64,000 nucleotides of DNA from contig JAHDYR010000067.1 in assembly GCA_019828565.1 (NCBI GenBank), positions 526,244 through 590,243 on the forward strand, read 5' to 3'. The stretch comes from Carpediemonas membranifera BICM. Its lineage: Eukaryota > Protista > Fornicata. Positions 1 through 11,281 of this stretch are shown here, one piece after another (position 1 is the stretch's first letter; each line of letters opens with the position of its first letter). Position numbers and translations under genes: made by a program. Below the pieces are notes generated by a model. It was not told where the DNA came from. It ran no database searches and saw nothing but the letters and a program-made list of their open reading frames with translations.

Positions 1-3000
1 ACTAGCCGGCCGCAATGACGACAATGGTGGCGTTTCTTCTTGAGATTGCCGAACTTCTCGCTGCAAACCATGCATGCTGGCCCGTGGACCCAGGGTGGTG
101 GTCGGTCAATGCTTCGAAGGATGGCGTCCCTGACACAAGCGTCACGGCACATCTGGAGAGGCGTCACATCGGTCTCGTCAGCAGCATGGATATTGGCCCC
201 TGCGTTGACAAGACTAGTTGCAATGTCCGCATTGCCTGCCTGGACGGCAATGTGAAGCGGCGTCCTGCCCCGCCTGTCTGTGGCAGTGGGGTCTGCTCCA
301 CGGCTGAGCATCAGCACCACGGCGCCTGGAGAGCCACTGCGGGCTGCAAAGTGCAGCGGTGTCTCACCGTTTGAGTTCTTCACGCCAATACACGCCTCGA
401 TGATGCCGTGCTTGTCAAGCGTGGACAGAATCTCCGTCCTCCCGACGTTAGCGGCGAGGTGGGCGAGTGTGTTCATATCCTCGTCGACCAGCGGTGTCTC
501 TCGGCCATCTCGGTGGAGCACAAGGGGTGCGCCATGCTTGAGAAGCTCCGCGGTGGCATTGACGCATCCGTTGGTGACTGCGACCATGACTGGACGCCGC
601 TCCTGCCTGTCGTTCTCGTGGATGTTGGCCCCGCCGCCAATCAGCCGGGCAATGATCCCGTCGTCGTCCATCTGTGCCGCACGGTGCAGGGGTGTGAAGC
701 CCTCGATATCCCTGACATTCCTGGCAACTTGAATGAGCGTTCTTCCCACCCGTTGGCTGATTCCAAGCACGAAATCGACCGCCTCTCGTCTTGAAGTAAG
801 CACCGCGATATGGAGAATGCTCCTCCCCATCGTGTCGAGCTCGTTGATGTCGATACCGAGGCCAACAAGGATCTCGGCTGACTCGAGGTCGCCCTTGGTG
901 ATGTACTGATGAAGCAGCGTCGCGGCACGGGCGCCATGGCGGACCAAGGAACGTGCAATGGTCTTGTCCCGCCTCTCCACGGCGATTGAAAGGGCAGTCT
1001 CGCGTTTAGGCTCGGTGCGGTGTGATACGTTGGTATCTAGCCGGTCCTTGATGAGCTCGAGAACCACACTCTGGGCGCCAATCCTGACTGCCTGGATCAG
1101 CGGCGTTTCCACAAACAGATTGATTGGGTCTGGCCGCTTGATGTAGTGCAGGTACCGGGCAACATCGGTCGGCTCACCCGTCTGAACCACCTCGTGAAGG
1201 AGCTGGTCGCCGTTGCAGTTCCAGGAGCGTGCCCCGCCTGCTCGATCGAGTGTAACGAACCAAGGGGCTGAGGCTGAGCATGCTAGGGCGAGTTGGGGCG
1301 CGGGCGTGGCCGAGGTGCGACAGACTGTCTGGTGCTCGAGGTCGACGACAACGCAGCCGGCGGGCTCGCCCTCGCTGAACAGCCACACATGGTCGGGTTG
1401 GTCGCTCCTGTCGATGGCGATGCGGGTGATAGGGCTGATCGGCTCAAGTGGCATCGACCAGGCGGTCTCCAGGGTGGCGGGGGAGACCATCGCGATCGAA
1501 TCCGCCTTGGCAACGAACAGTGCGTGTCTGAGCACACCTAGGGAGGTCGTGAGGATGCAGTGGCCATCAAACATGCTCATCTCGGGCAAATGGGAGCTCA
1601 GTTCATCGTTGGTGCCCATGAGGAAGGTGGCAACACTGGTGGCCTTCATCTTCTTGCCCGCGACAGCTGTCATGGTCTCAGAATCTACAGAGAAGACTTT
1701 TCCGGCGCTCCGGACAATAATCAGACCCCCGGTGGCCTCATTGTCGTGATAAACTGGAATAAACTGGGTCTGGTCGACTTCCGTTATTGGAAGCCGGCAG
1801 TGGACACTGGAACACTCCTCCATATCATAGTGGATCTTGCCAGCCAGAGAGGGGCGGCAAGCGCGGCGAAGGATGACGAGAGCGGCGCTGTCAGTAGACT
1901 TGAAAATGACTAGGATCCGGCCGTTGATGAGTCCGATGATGTCGAGGATCTCAGTGTAATCGTTATTAGATACGAAAGATATTGAGACATCGCCGACTTC
2001 CTTGACCGCCGCAGGGTCCCAAAGACCGATCTTGGCCGATTTCTTGCTGAACGACCACACATAGGGTGGAATAAACCGGGTCCTTCCTAGCGCAGGGAGC
2101 TGAATCTGGGTCAAAAGCTTGAACTCCTTGCGGCACCAGACTGCCACCAACACGCTCTTGTCCTTGGCCTCGGTCATTGGTGGGATAATGGTCCAAGCTG
2201 CCTCGGCGGGGCCGTCAGCAGTGTCTACCACACACGGGGTGATCGTGGGGGGAGCGGTGAATGATTGTTTCATACTGACTCCAAGATCAAGTCGCTGTAT
2301 ATACCTGTATCTGGCAAATAAGATATCGTCAACGTGAGCGTCCATATTGCCCATGATACGCTTCTCCGGAGCCACCGAGAGGTCGAATAGATGCTGGCAC
2401 GACAAGTCTGCCACGTGACACGCGAGCCTGTTGTCAACGTCACCAGCGAGCGGTCGAGCCTTGTTCTTGAGGAGGAATGTGACCACCGAGTCATGACCGC
2501 CCATTGCCGCGAGGTGAAGCGGGGTGAGTCCGAAGACGTCGGTGCGGTTGATGACGGACTCAGCGTCTTTGGGGTCGAGCCGTTTGACCAGCTGTCGCAT
2601 TACAGAGTTGTTGCCGCGCTGGGCAGTGAAATGGAACAGAGAGCGCTTGTCCTTGTAGGCGAGAGACGCGTCTGCACCATGTTCCAGGAGGAAGTTCATG
2701 AGGTCGTAGTTGCAGCTGAACCAGGCAACGTGAAGAATCGTCTGATTGAGCCGGTTCCTCTGATTAACGTTGAACGAGGACCTCCCGTCACTGTCTGCCC
2801 GCTGCTCGCCGTATGATGAGTAGATGTAGACGCATCGGTCGACCGTATCCTTGACAAAGTCGAGCATGACATCCCTGAAGACGTAGGAGGCTGCAGCGAC
2901 ATGAAGGGCGGTGTCGCCGTCGTTGTTCTGCACGTCGAGGGCTACTCCGTGTCTTACCAAGAGTCTGGCGGCCTCGATTCGCCTGATAAATTGCCCCCGA

Positions 3001-4913
3001 CCTCTGGCGGAGAGATCCTTAGGAATGAAGGCGAGACACAGGTGCAGGGGCGTATTGCCATAGACGTCCGCCTGGCTGGCGACAGTCCCGTTCGACTCGA
3101 GCATCGCGGTGATTAGCTCAGGGTCAGGGCAGTCGCACACGGCCAGATGGAGCGGGGTGCGTTTCATAACATCCATGGAAGCGACAAGCTCGGGTGCTTT
3201 GGAGACAAGGAGGCGGGCGGCGTCGACCATGCCGCGCTCTACGGCTACATGCATGGCTGTACGGCAGCGGGAGTCGCGGTGCTCGGGTGAGACTTTGTTC
3301 CACTCAAGCAGGGCGGTGAGGGCGGGAATATTGCCGCAGTACGAGGCCCAGTGGAGCGCGTTCATCCCGGAAGACGTGTGTTCGTCGGGGTCGGCACCAG
3401 AGGTAATCAAAAGATTAATCGAGTCTTCGGTGGTCAAAGGACTAGTAACGGCGGAGATCAGGACGCCACGACCATCGTGGGGGGCTGCGATAGTCACAGC
3501 AGTGGGCTCAGCCTTCATCAGTGTCTTCATAACGCTGACGCAGCCCGTGGATGCCGCGATATGAAGCGGCGTCCGGCCCTCGCGGTCCATGGCGGAAACA
3601 TAAACTGCACTCGAGTCAAGCAAAGTCTCGATCGCGCCAGAGTCGGATCTCTTGAGAGTACGCTCCGGACTGGTTATGCCTCTGCGGGCCTGCCCCCATT
3701 CATCCGAGAGGGAGGGTTGTCTGCTGTGTGCGGGCGAAGGTTTGGCCAGCAGAATGCGAACAATATCCGCGACTGCCTCCTCGCAGGTGGGGTTCTCGCG
3801 GAGGAAACGCATGGCCAAGTGCAGTGGAGTGGCTTCTTTGGCGTCACGGGCGGTCTTGTCGGCGTCGTGCTTGTTGACGAGGATGCTACACCCTTCGACG
3901 AAACCGACAGCCGCGCACTCGTGTAGTGCCGTCCGACGCTCCGGAGACACGCCTACGCAGTTGATCCCAGCCCCGTTAGCGAGCAGGGCGTTGAGAGCGA
4001 CGGTGTTGTGGCACCTGGCGGCTACGACGAGGGGCGGGCTTCCGTCCGTCGTGGGTGCATTCGGGTCACCCTTTTTCCGGCGGAGAATCGTGTGGAGCGT
4101 GTCAATGTCACCAGCACGTATCGCATTCTCGAGACCCACCGAGTTGACAAGCGCGGGACAGCCTGATAGGAGACGAAGAGGCTCGCCGTTCTTGATGGCA
4201 ACGCCCTCGGTCCGGGCAACCTTTGGATCTGTGTACTGGAATATCTCGGAGTTCACAGTGGTCGCGGGGGTGATAGCGGCGGGTAGGCTGTGAGATCTAT
4301 TGATACGACTCCGGATTACGAGATCGGAGTCGAGTACGATGACTTCCGAGCGGGTGCACAGCCAGACAAGGCCGTTCTGCCCAGCCTGCATATCAAGCAC
4401 GATCGGGTCATCGAGGGTCAGGGGGCATCTTCCCTCCTTGACAGTTAGGGCTGTGGTAAAGACGTTGCCCCATGTGGTGGTGAAAACGACGGCATGGTCC
4501 ACAACGGCAGCACGATCCAGCGTGCCTGCCTCTGGGACTGGGAGGTCTGTGGTCTCCTCTACGGCATGTGTTTCCACCCGTATTACGTGGCGCAGGGCCG
4601 CGGTGATCACATGCAAATGGTCTTTGACGTGATCATAATGGAGGGCCTTAACAGCACCCACGGCAGTGTAGACAAGTTCAAAGGTCATGGCGGTGTTGGA
4701 CGAAAGCTCTGGGTGGCATGAGATTACGTGACCTGAAGAGTATCCGAGACAGAGCTCATGCCCGGCTACACTGACGCAGGTGAGGGCACCGAGGTCCACC
4801 CGAGAGACATCAGCTGTCCTGATGTTCCCCGTGCTAAGGGGAAGCGATGCATCCACCTGAATGCCCTCGGTTAGCTTCCCGGGGGTGGAAGGGCCGAATA
4901 GAAGGAGGCTCAT
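1..4913 (-). CDS. Large ankyrin-repeat protein with C-terminal FYVE zinc finger (rabankyrin/ANKFY1-like), 3' end outside window
   Basis: Absent from the ORF track because no stop lies in the window. Manual minus-strand translation from ATG 4913 (MSLLLFGPSTPGK) gives many ankyrin repeats (GRTPLHIAAS, GNTPLHLC, GDTALHVAA, GLTPLHLAAMGG, GETPLHFAARSG) and ends PPWVHGPACMVCSEKFGNLKKKRHHCRHCGRLV, the FYVE R(R/K)HHCRxCG motif. The frame is consistent at both ends. Confidence 0.85.
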   Translation of the reverse strand, partial: MSLLLFGPSTPGKLTEGIQVDASLPLSTGNIRTADVSRVDLGALTCVSVAGHELCLGYSSGHVISCHPELSSNTAMTFELVYTAVGAVKALHYDHVKDHLHVITAALRHVIRVETHAVEETTDLPVPEAGTLDRAAVVDHAVVFTTTWGNVFTTALTVKEGRCPLTLDDPIVLDMQAGQNGLVWLCTRSEVIVLDSDLVIRSRINRSHSLPAAITPATTVNSEIFQYTDPKVARTEGVAIKNGEPLRLLSGCPALVNSVGLENAIRAGDIDTLHTILRRKKGDPNAPTTDGSPPLVVAARCHNTVALNALLANGAGINCVGVSPERRTALHECAAVGFVEGCSILVNKHDADKTARDAKEATPLHLAMRFLRENPTCEEAVADIVRILLAKPSPAHSRQPSLSDEWGQARRGITSPERTLKRSDSGAIETLLDSSAVYVSAMDREGRTPLHIAASTGCVSVMKTLMKAEPTAVTIAAPHDGRGVLISAVTSPLTTEDSINLLITSGADPDEHTSSGMNALHWASYCGNIPALTALLEWNKVSPEHRDSRCRTAMHVAVERGMVDAARLLVSKAPELVASMDVMKRTPLHLAVCDCPDPELITAMLESNGTVASQADVYGNTPLHLCLAFIPKDLSARGRGQFIRRIEAARLLVRHGVALDVQNNDGDTALHVAAASYVFRDVMLDFVKDTVDRCVYIYSSYGEQRADSDGRSSFNVNQRNRLNQTILHVAWFSCNYDLMNFLLEHGADASLAYKDKRSLFHFTAQRGNNSVMRQLVKRLDPKDAESVINRTDVFGLTPLHLAAMGGHDSVVTFLLKNKARPLAGDVDNRLACHVADLSCQHLFDLSVAPEKRIMGNMDAHVDDILFARYRYIQRLDLGVSMKQSFTAPPTITPCVVDTADGPAEAAWTIIPPMTEAKDKSVLVAVWCRKEFKLLTQIQLPALGRTRFIPPYVWSFSKKSAKIGLWDPAAVKEVGDVSISFVSNNDYTEILDIIGLINGRILVIFKSTDSAALVILRRACRPSLAGKIHYDMEECSSVHCRLPITEVDQTQFIPVYHDNEATGGLIIVRSAGKVFSVDSETMTAVAGKKMKATSVATFLMGTNDELSSHLPEMSMFDGHCILTTSLGVLRHALFVAKADSIAMVSPATLETAWSMPLEPISPITRIAIDRSDQPDHVWLFSEGEPAGCVVVDLEHQTVCRTSATPAPQLALACSASAPWFVTLDRAGGARSWNCNGDQLLHEVVQTGEPTDVARYLHYIKRPDPINLFVETPLIQAVRIGAQSVVLELIKDRLDTNVSHRTEPKRETALSIAVERRDKTIARSLVRHGARAATLLHQYITKGDLESAEILVGLGIDINELDTMGRSILHIAVLTSRREAVDFVLGISQRVGRTLIQVARNVRDIEGFTPLHRAAQMDDDGIIARLIGGGANIHENDRQERRPVMVAVTNGCVNATAELLKHGAPLVLHRDGRETPLVDEDMNTLAHLAANVGRTEILSTLDKHGIIEACIGVKNSNGETPLHFAARSGSPGAVVLMLSRGADPTATDRRGRTPLHIAVQAGNADIATSLVNAGANIHAADETDVTPLQMCRDACVRDAILRSIDRPPPWVHGPACMVCSEKFGNLKKKRHHCRHCGRL

Positions 4914-5506
4914 TGCGTTCACTCTAAAAGCCGCAGTAAACGGTACACTGGACGTGAGGGGTGCGCAAATAACGCATACGTGCTCAAGAATGAAGCAAAC
5001 GAAGAGCGGACGGCCGTCGAGCACCGTTGAGCTTACGATGGCGTCAGTCAGGCAATCAAAGACGGAGACCACGCCTTTCCCATCATGCATGCCAATATAC
5101 ACCACCACATCACCAACTCGAATGCTTCCAGTGACCGTGTGTCCTGAAAGCGACATTCTGTCTGGCGATTGGCAGCTTGACATTCTTAGACTGCAGATGA
5201 GGTCTGAATCTCGATCACCGATTCCTATCCCGAGCACGGAATGTGAGATAAGGGGATCATGCAGGTCGTCTCATCCTCTGGGTTGACCAGCGAACAACGG
5301 TACGTCGTAGTGTGAGTCAGGAATGATGCATATTCAGAAAGTCAGGTTATCATGCCAGATACACTGTATAGAATCGACGATGACGCAACGGTCATGTTTA
5401 GAGTGAAAATCGAGCTTCGAAAAATGGAGGCGAGCCGGTCAAGAAAGAGGTTGAAAGAAGAAGCGTAAAGCAGCCAATTGATGAGCAAATATCCACAGCT
5501 TAACGC

Positions 5507-5857
5507 TCATACGTCTGGTGTATTCCTGAGTTTGTTTCTCAGCAGATCCTCTACCAGGGCGAGACCACGGTCAATGCGCTCGAGGTGTTTGATGGCCTCC
5601 TCCAGCGATTCTTCGTCTCGGTGGAGCTCTTCGGACTCAATAAAGCCACAGTTTGGATGGGCACGGAGGAAATTGTTGAGAAGTTCTTCAGTTTCGTAGT
5701 ATTCACGGCAAGGCTGCATCATAATGTTGTTCACGACAAAGCTCATGCGATTACTCTCTGATTCTGCAAGAGTAAACCTGCTAGGTGATTTTCTCAGTGG
5801 TGATTTCTCATTCGTCATTTGAGAGAGACGCAGATTATGCCAAAACTGCGAAACCAC
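5507..5857 (-). CDS. Small hypothetical coiled-coil protein (true ATG probably downstream of the ORF-track start)
   Basis: 116-aa ORF with a heptad-like E/L/K-rich C-terminus; no family recognised. Confidence 0.4.
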   Translation of the reverse strand: MVSQFWHNLRLSQMTNEKSPLRKSPSRFTLAESESNRMSFVVNNIMMQPCREYYETEELLNNFLRAHPNCGFIESEELHRDEESLEEAIKHLERIDRGLALVEDLLRNKLRNTPDV

Positions 5858-5978
5858 ATTTCAGGTCCTTTGGGTCTCACAGACGCTTTGATAGTGCAAT
5901 ATGCATCAGTTGGGGTCAGGTAGCGTCCACCATCGCGAGAAACAAGAAGGTATTATCCTGCGTATCGGCAGCTGTGGC

Positions 5979-6590
5979 ATGGATCTCTTGAACGATGGAT
6001 CAGACAGTGAAATAGAGATGGAAGGCATTGATCCTATCCAAGAAATTGTCGAAACTGCTGCAGAGCCTTCTTCTGAACATGTACCGGAGCCAGAATTTGT
6101 TTCTACCCTCGCAAATGGCGGATTTGCGAGCAAAACGATGGCAGATCTCCGCGATGAGTATCTATCCATGCTATCTAAGCCTGAATCGAGTTTTAAGAAT
6201 CCTATTCTGTCCACATCATCAATACAGATTCAGGCCATCCCCCACCCCCCCAAACCTGCATTACGCCGCTCACAAGACGATTCCACTCTTAGCACTGGCA
6301 GTTCTAGTCTCAAGACATCCGCCAAACCAGAGTTAGAGAGGGAACTGGCACCCGGGGTCACTGCAGGTCAACTCGCTGCAATACACAAACGCGAGAAGAA
6401 GAAGCGCAGCAAAGCAATCAAGAGGGCGCAGCAACAAGGCCAGCAGCTCAAGGAAGAAGACGAGGCGGTGAATGCAGAAGGCCTCGTGGCCCCGTCCCGG
6501 GTCGCCCAAATGCGGAACCAGCTGACTGCGCAAGTCTTCAACAAGGCTGTGCACGGGGCCGCGGTGTTGGGTGCGAAGAAGAAGAAGTGA
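5979..6590 (+). CDS. Hypothetical protein, acidic N-terminus and basic K-rich C-terminus (possibly nuclear)
   Basis: ORF 5901-6590; likely start MDLLNDGSDSE at 5979; KREKKKRSK and terminal KKKK are NLS-like. Confidence 0.55.
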   Translation: MDLLNDGSDSEIEMEGIDPIQEIVETAAEPSSEHVPEPEFVSTLANGGFASKTMADLRDEYLSMLSKPESSFKNPILSTSSIQIQAIPHPPKPALRRSQDDSTLSTGSSSLKTSAKPELERELAPGVTAGQLAAIHKREKKKRSKAIKRAQQQGQQLKEEDEAVNAEGLVAPSRVAQMRNQLTAQVFNKAVHGAAVLGAKKKK

Positions 6591-6740
6591 TGGAGTGGCT
6601 TGGGTCACCCTGGGCGGTGCCGCATTCATGTCTTGGGCTGAGGCGGCGTGAGTTATAAATGGGGCCGGCAGTCTCATCGCAATTTCCACAGTCGAGCTCG
6701 TGTCTGGGTCATGGCCAGTCTTGCAACATGAAGTTCATAA

Positions 6741-8297
6741 TTAAATGGCTGGGTCGACTGGTGAGATCTCCATCGACCAACCGGGTACCCCACACGTGAC
6801 ATCTGACACATCAGCCACCTCAAACCACTGGCCGGCTGAGTCGCGGAAACAGGGGACATTGCTTGTCGTGCCATATGCCGTAGCCTCAATGGGGACACTG
6901 GCTGTACACTGGCGGTAGTCGTCAGACAGATGACTGCGGCCCTCGGTCCCCCAGACGATCTGATAATCGTCACACCAGAACCCCTTGACCCTCTCTGGGA
7001 ACCGGAGCGGGGTGGGTGTGAGGCACTTGTCGTCCCTGCGTTTTCCAGGCAGCAGGCCCGAGTTGGAGACGTGTATGGGAACTTTGCCAGCGAAGAGCAG
7101 CTGGCGGCCGCTGAGGAAGATGTTGAAAGAAAGGACGGAAGACATGACAGAATCGACGGAGGTCATGATCCGGTCGACTCTGTAGGGCAGATCCTCGAAG
7201 CCAGCCATCATACTATGGTGCCCGAGTCCCAGCTGGCCACAATAGTTGCCCCCGCTGATCATCTGCCGATCGCCCATGGAGAGGATGACAGTCGTTGCAT
7301 TGATCAGACCCACATGCATGATGTGATCTGGGACAAAGCCAGATGGCACAGCGACTGGGTGGAAGAGGGGTCTGTTCTCCTCCACGACTGGGCCGACATA
7401 CCATTCTGGATGTCCACCAGCCATGACAGTGCCGACCGAAGAGAGGATGAACGTCCGATCACAAATCAGCGACACACCAGTCACCATCCAGTGCTTCTCC
7501 CAGGGGGGCAGGCTGGCCTCGAGCTCAGCGACCTCGGCGCAGGCGGGGAAGGTAAGGCGGGTCGGGTCGACCTTAGACGACTTGAACCCCAGCTGGCCAT
7601 GACCGCTATCCCCCCAGCCCCACAGGCCCTTGGGCGTCCTGGCGATGCGGGTGAGGTCGTCGCTGTAGACCTCGAGGGCCCTGGGCATCCTGGCCCTGGT
7701 GAGGGCGGTGTGATAGTCAGTGTCGAGCATGAAGAGTCGGCCCATGTACATGCGGTGGTGATAAAATATGTAGGACCAAGCGTGCTGATAGCACTCGCCG
7801 TCCTTCTCTGCCACATTAAACGTGAAGAAGAACTTGCGGCAGAGGAACCAGAGGCACTTGGCCTCGGGGGCGAGAGCCTTGCGGATCTTGTCGTGCATCC
7901 TGGTAGTGTGTGGCTCCTCATCTTGAGCCTCCTCCAGCACCCTGTCCTCGAGGTCGGGGTTGGCCCCGCCACCCACCAGACACGCCCACACCGCGCCCTG
8001 GTTCAGCGTGTGCATGGCGACCGGGAGCTCCTCGCCATCCGCGAGCTCGACGTTCATGGACAGCTGGGGGCCGCTGGTGAGGATCGAGCGGGCGCGGTCG
8101 AGGAGGGCTTGCGCGGACGGTTCGAGAGGGGGGATCTCTGAGAGCGTGGCGAGGAGGCTTCTTGAAGTGCCTGGAGTAGGCGCACTGGATCAAGGATGGG
8201 ATGTACCAGAGATGGAGGCCGTTATGGCGACCGAGGCGCGATATGCGGAGGTAAGTGTGTCTTTGATGCACGTTGGAGAGGAACTAGCGCTGCTCAT
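6741..8297 (-). pseudogene. RCC1-like family copy A (5' part frameshifted and deleted; 438-aa ORF 6741-8057 remains)
   Basis: RCC1 motifs LWGWGDSGHGQLG and GGNYCGQLGLGH. The family start MSSASSS at 8297 is followed by a 1-nt deletion (~8205, leading to TGA) and a ~65-nt deletion relative to copy L. Confidence 0.75.
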
Positions 8298-8690
8298 TGG
8301 CTTCAGCGCTCAGTTCGGTGGTTGCCAAGTTCTGACTTCCGACTCGCCGACCGCCGACACCACTCACCATGAACCATGAGGCGTGACTGCGGCGAAGTAT
8401 CCAGATCCAGTGCATGGGGCTTCATTCTCTGCTCTCTGCGGCATTCACCACATTGGACCACCGTCGGGCACAGTTGAGCGGGCCTCAGTCCCCATACCAT
8501 TCTCAACGACTCACAGCGACTCGAGAATTCACCGGTTAGTGACGGAGTGGTCGAGATGCCGACAATCAGGGCCCGCTTCCCGACCCGGCTACAGCTTGAA
8601 GAAAGCTCGAGTGCAAACCAGCTAGCCCCCAAACCGAGCACCACCCAACCAACAAGAGACCTTTACAATCACCGAACCCACCTTCACCCA

Positions 8691-9809
8691 TCACTGCCTC
8701 GCTGGTCCTCCCTGACCAGGCCCTGCGCGTGCCATCATCGCCCTCGTCTTCTCAATCTTCCACAGCAGTGCCCTGTCGTAAAACTGCTCCTTGGCGAGCT
8801 TTCTTATGTACTTCAATCCGTCGATCGGCTCGACCTCGTCGTCACACATGGCCACGTAAATCTTGTACATGGCGTCCTCCAGGGCCTGGTTCTCGGCGTT
8901 GAGGCGCAACACCTGTCGGCGGGAGGCGTTGCCAGGGTCGGTTGCTTCGTCCAGCGCGTTTCTCTCGTGGGCGTCGACCTCGCCAGTCGAGGCTTCGAGG
9001 GAGGTAATCTGTCTGTCAATGTCTGCGATAGCAAGCTTCATGCGGCCGATCGAGGTCTCCAGCTGGCTGTGATCCCGTGCCATATTGCCAGCCATGCTCT
9101 GCTTCTGCTGGACCTCGCCGCATCTGCTGTCAATCTCCTTGCTGACGGTGTTACCGTGGCGAACAAGGTCTGACCGCTTGGCAGAGAGGTCGTTGAACAT
9201 CTTCTGGCTCAGCTGGGAGAGGAGCATCATTCTCTCCTGCTGGGGCTGCGGCTTATGCTGGTACTGGCCTGCGGGGTACTGCCCAGGCCGCTGGAAGCCC
9301 TGAACGGGCCTCTGCTGCGGCGGTGGCTGGTGTTGCTGCTGGGCTGAGCCGGAGGCGCCTGGGGGAGGGCCAGAGCTCACCGGGGGGTTCTTCCCGAACT
9401 CGATGCACAGCTGATTGACCGACTCGAGCAGAGTCGACTGGCCTGGCCGCCAGTTGCGTGGGTGGATGTAGTCCAGCGAGACCTTGCCGTACTTATCGAC
9501 CTGGGGGTGGTTGGGGCGGATGAACATGTCTCCTGTGGGGAGGACATATGGGATCGGGGGGGAAGAGGGGAATGTGGTCGGGATCCACAGGCCGACGGGG
9601 ATATTGTACTTGTTGTTGCGGTAGTACATGGGCACAGTGCCGCGGAGAACCACACAGTGGCTTGATTGAGCAGGAATAACCCCGAGAATCGGCTTAAGGT
9701 TGCTGTATGTGCGGAAACATTCGAGGATTTGATCGCTAACAAGCTTCATCTGTCTGTACGTACCAATCTTTGATAGCAAGTTGTTCAACTCACTTTGAAC
9801 GGCGTTCAT
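8691..9809 (-). CDS. VPS23: ESCRT-I subunit TSG101/Vps23
   Basis: N-terminal UEV domain (GTVPMYYRNNKYNIPVGLWIPTTFPSSPPIPYV...HPQVDKYGKV), P/Q-rich linker, coiled coil, and steadiness box (AENQALEDAMY...LKYIRKLAKEQFYDRAL). Confidence 0.92.
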   Translation of the reverse strand: MNAVQSELNNLLSKIGTYRQMKLVSDQILECFRTYSNLKPILGVIPAQSSHCVVLRGTVPMYYRNNKYNIPVGLWIPTTFPSSPPIPYVLPTGDMFIRPNHPQVDKYGKVSLDYIHPRNWRPGQSTLLESVNQLCIEFGKNPPVSSGPPPGASGSAQQQHQPPPQQRPVQGFQRPGQYPAGQYQHKPQPQQERMMLLSQLSQKMFNDLSAKRSDLVRHGNTVSKEIDSRCGEVQQKQSMAGNMARDHSQLETSIGRMKLAIADIDRQITSLEASTGEVDAHERNALDEATDPGNASRRQVLRLNAENQALEDAMYKIYVAMCDDEVEPIDGLKYIRKLAKEQFYDRALLWKIEKTRAMMARAGPGQGGPARQ

Positions 9810-10309
9810 AGAGGTCGTGGCTTCCTCTGCTATTTCTGCGAAGACCTGTGGAAATGATTTGATGATCGATCATGACTCAGCCTGGCAGCAAGGGCTCCGT
9901 TAGAGCGTGGGAGGATGATATGTGGCGCAAGCTGGGTATGGTTCTTGGCGTGGCCCTTGGCCAATTGCTATTGGATCGATTCATCACTTCCCGTCAGCGT
10001 CTCGATATGCGCCTGAACACGCTGACCTCAGGGGACTGCAACGGCACTGTCCATGGCGGAATATACCGCGTCAAATGCGACGCTGTCTATTAAAGAACGT
10101 TGACATTTTAGTCTCCAGAATTTATGAGATGTCTGTAGAACACGATACAGCGGCATGAACCGGCCAGCAAGAGTCGTACAACATGAAGGAATGACATTCT
10201 ACTCTCCTTTTTGACCAAATTTCATCTGCACGACTGAGGAACAGTCGTAAAGCACAGCACGCTTTGACAGTCTGAACGTAAACCTTTTATCTGATGGAAC
10301 GCCTCAAAT

Positions 10310-11281
10310 TTAATCAGTCTCCTGAACGGCCCAGGCACGGATGCGGCTGTCATCGTGGCCAGTGTACAGGGTGTTGCCATCAGCAGACCAGCGGACAGCA
10401 AGGGTACGGGCGGGGCGGGGCTTCTCGCCGCCGACCTCAACGATATCCTCAGAGACAAGCTCCTTGGAGGTGAGATCCCAGATCTTGATGCCCTTGGTGG
10501 TACCGGCGCAGAGCCAGTAGCGGGTAGGGGAGAAGGTGATGGAGAGAACCTCATCACCGGCGTCGATGGTATCGAGGGCGACGCCCTCCTTCAGGCCCCA
10601 GAGGATGACCTTGCCGTCCTTAGAGCCAGAGGCGCAGAGGGAGGAGTCGGGAGCAACGTCAAGGCAGTTGACGACGCCCTCGTGGCCAGTGAGGGTGTGG
10701 GCAACGGCGCCCTCCTGGACGTCGTAGACCTGGACCTTGCGGTCAGCACCGCCAGAGATGATGTAGTGGCGGAACTCCTCGGTGCCCTCGATCTTCTCCT
10801 GGGAGATCTTGACGCAGTTAACCCAGTCGCTGTGGGAGGTGGAGCCAGCGAGGACGTTCACGCAGGTGCCAACGGTGTTCCAGTGGCGGATGGTGCGGTC
10901 CTGGGAGGCAGTGACGAGCTGGCGGTTATCGGGGGAGAAGCCGACGGAGAGAACGCGGCTGGTGTGGCCCTGGAAGCGAGAAGCGGTCTTGCCAGTGGAG
11001 ATCTCCCAAAGGCGAGCGGAGTGATCCCAGGAGCCAGAGAAGACGTACTGACCATCGCCAGAGATGTCGATGTCGGTAACGAAGTTCTCGTGGCCGCAGA
11101 GGCGGCGGTGGGGAGCACCAACGAGGCCCTCGACGTCATCGGTCTTCTCAAGGTCCCAAACGATCAGAGACTTGTCCCTGGAGCCAGAGATGATCTGGTT
11201 GGGAGTCTCAGAAGAGCAGGCGATGCAAGTAACCCAATCCTTGTGGCCCTCAAGGCTACCGACGTTCCTAAGGCACGACAT
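10310..11281 (-). CDS. RACK1: Receptor for activated C kinase 1 (WD40 ribosomal protein RACK1/Asc1)
   Basis: 323 aa with seven WD40 repeats; diagnostic GSLEGHKDWVT, ISGSRDKSLIVW, FSPDNRQLVTASQDRTI, FSPTRYWLCAGT, WSADGNTLYTG. Confidence 0.95.
   Translation of the reverse strand: MSCLRNVGSLEGHKDWVTCIACSSETPNQIISGSRDKSLIVWDLEKTDDVEGLVGAPHRRLCGHENFVTDIDISGDGQYVFSGSWDHSARLWEISTGKTASRFQGHTSRVLSVGFSPDNRQLVTASQDRTIRHWNTVGTCVNVLAGSTSHSDWVNCVKISQEKIEGTEEFRHYIISGGADRKVQVYDVQEGAVAHTLTGHEGVVNCLDVAPDSSLCASGSKDGKVILWGLKEGVALDTIDAGDEVLSITFSPTRYWLCAGTTKGIKIWDLTSKELVSEDIVEVGGEKPRPARTLAVRWSADGNTLYTGHDDSRIRAWAVQETD

Noticed and set aside
8171-8206. Cryptic 36-nt GT-AG intron that would restore the frame of copy A
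   Set aside because: Arithmetically possible, but it lacks the ACACAG acceptor seen in the two identified introns and would not rescue copy F, which has the same lesion.
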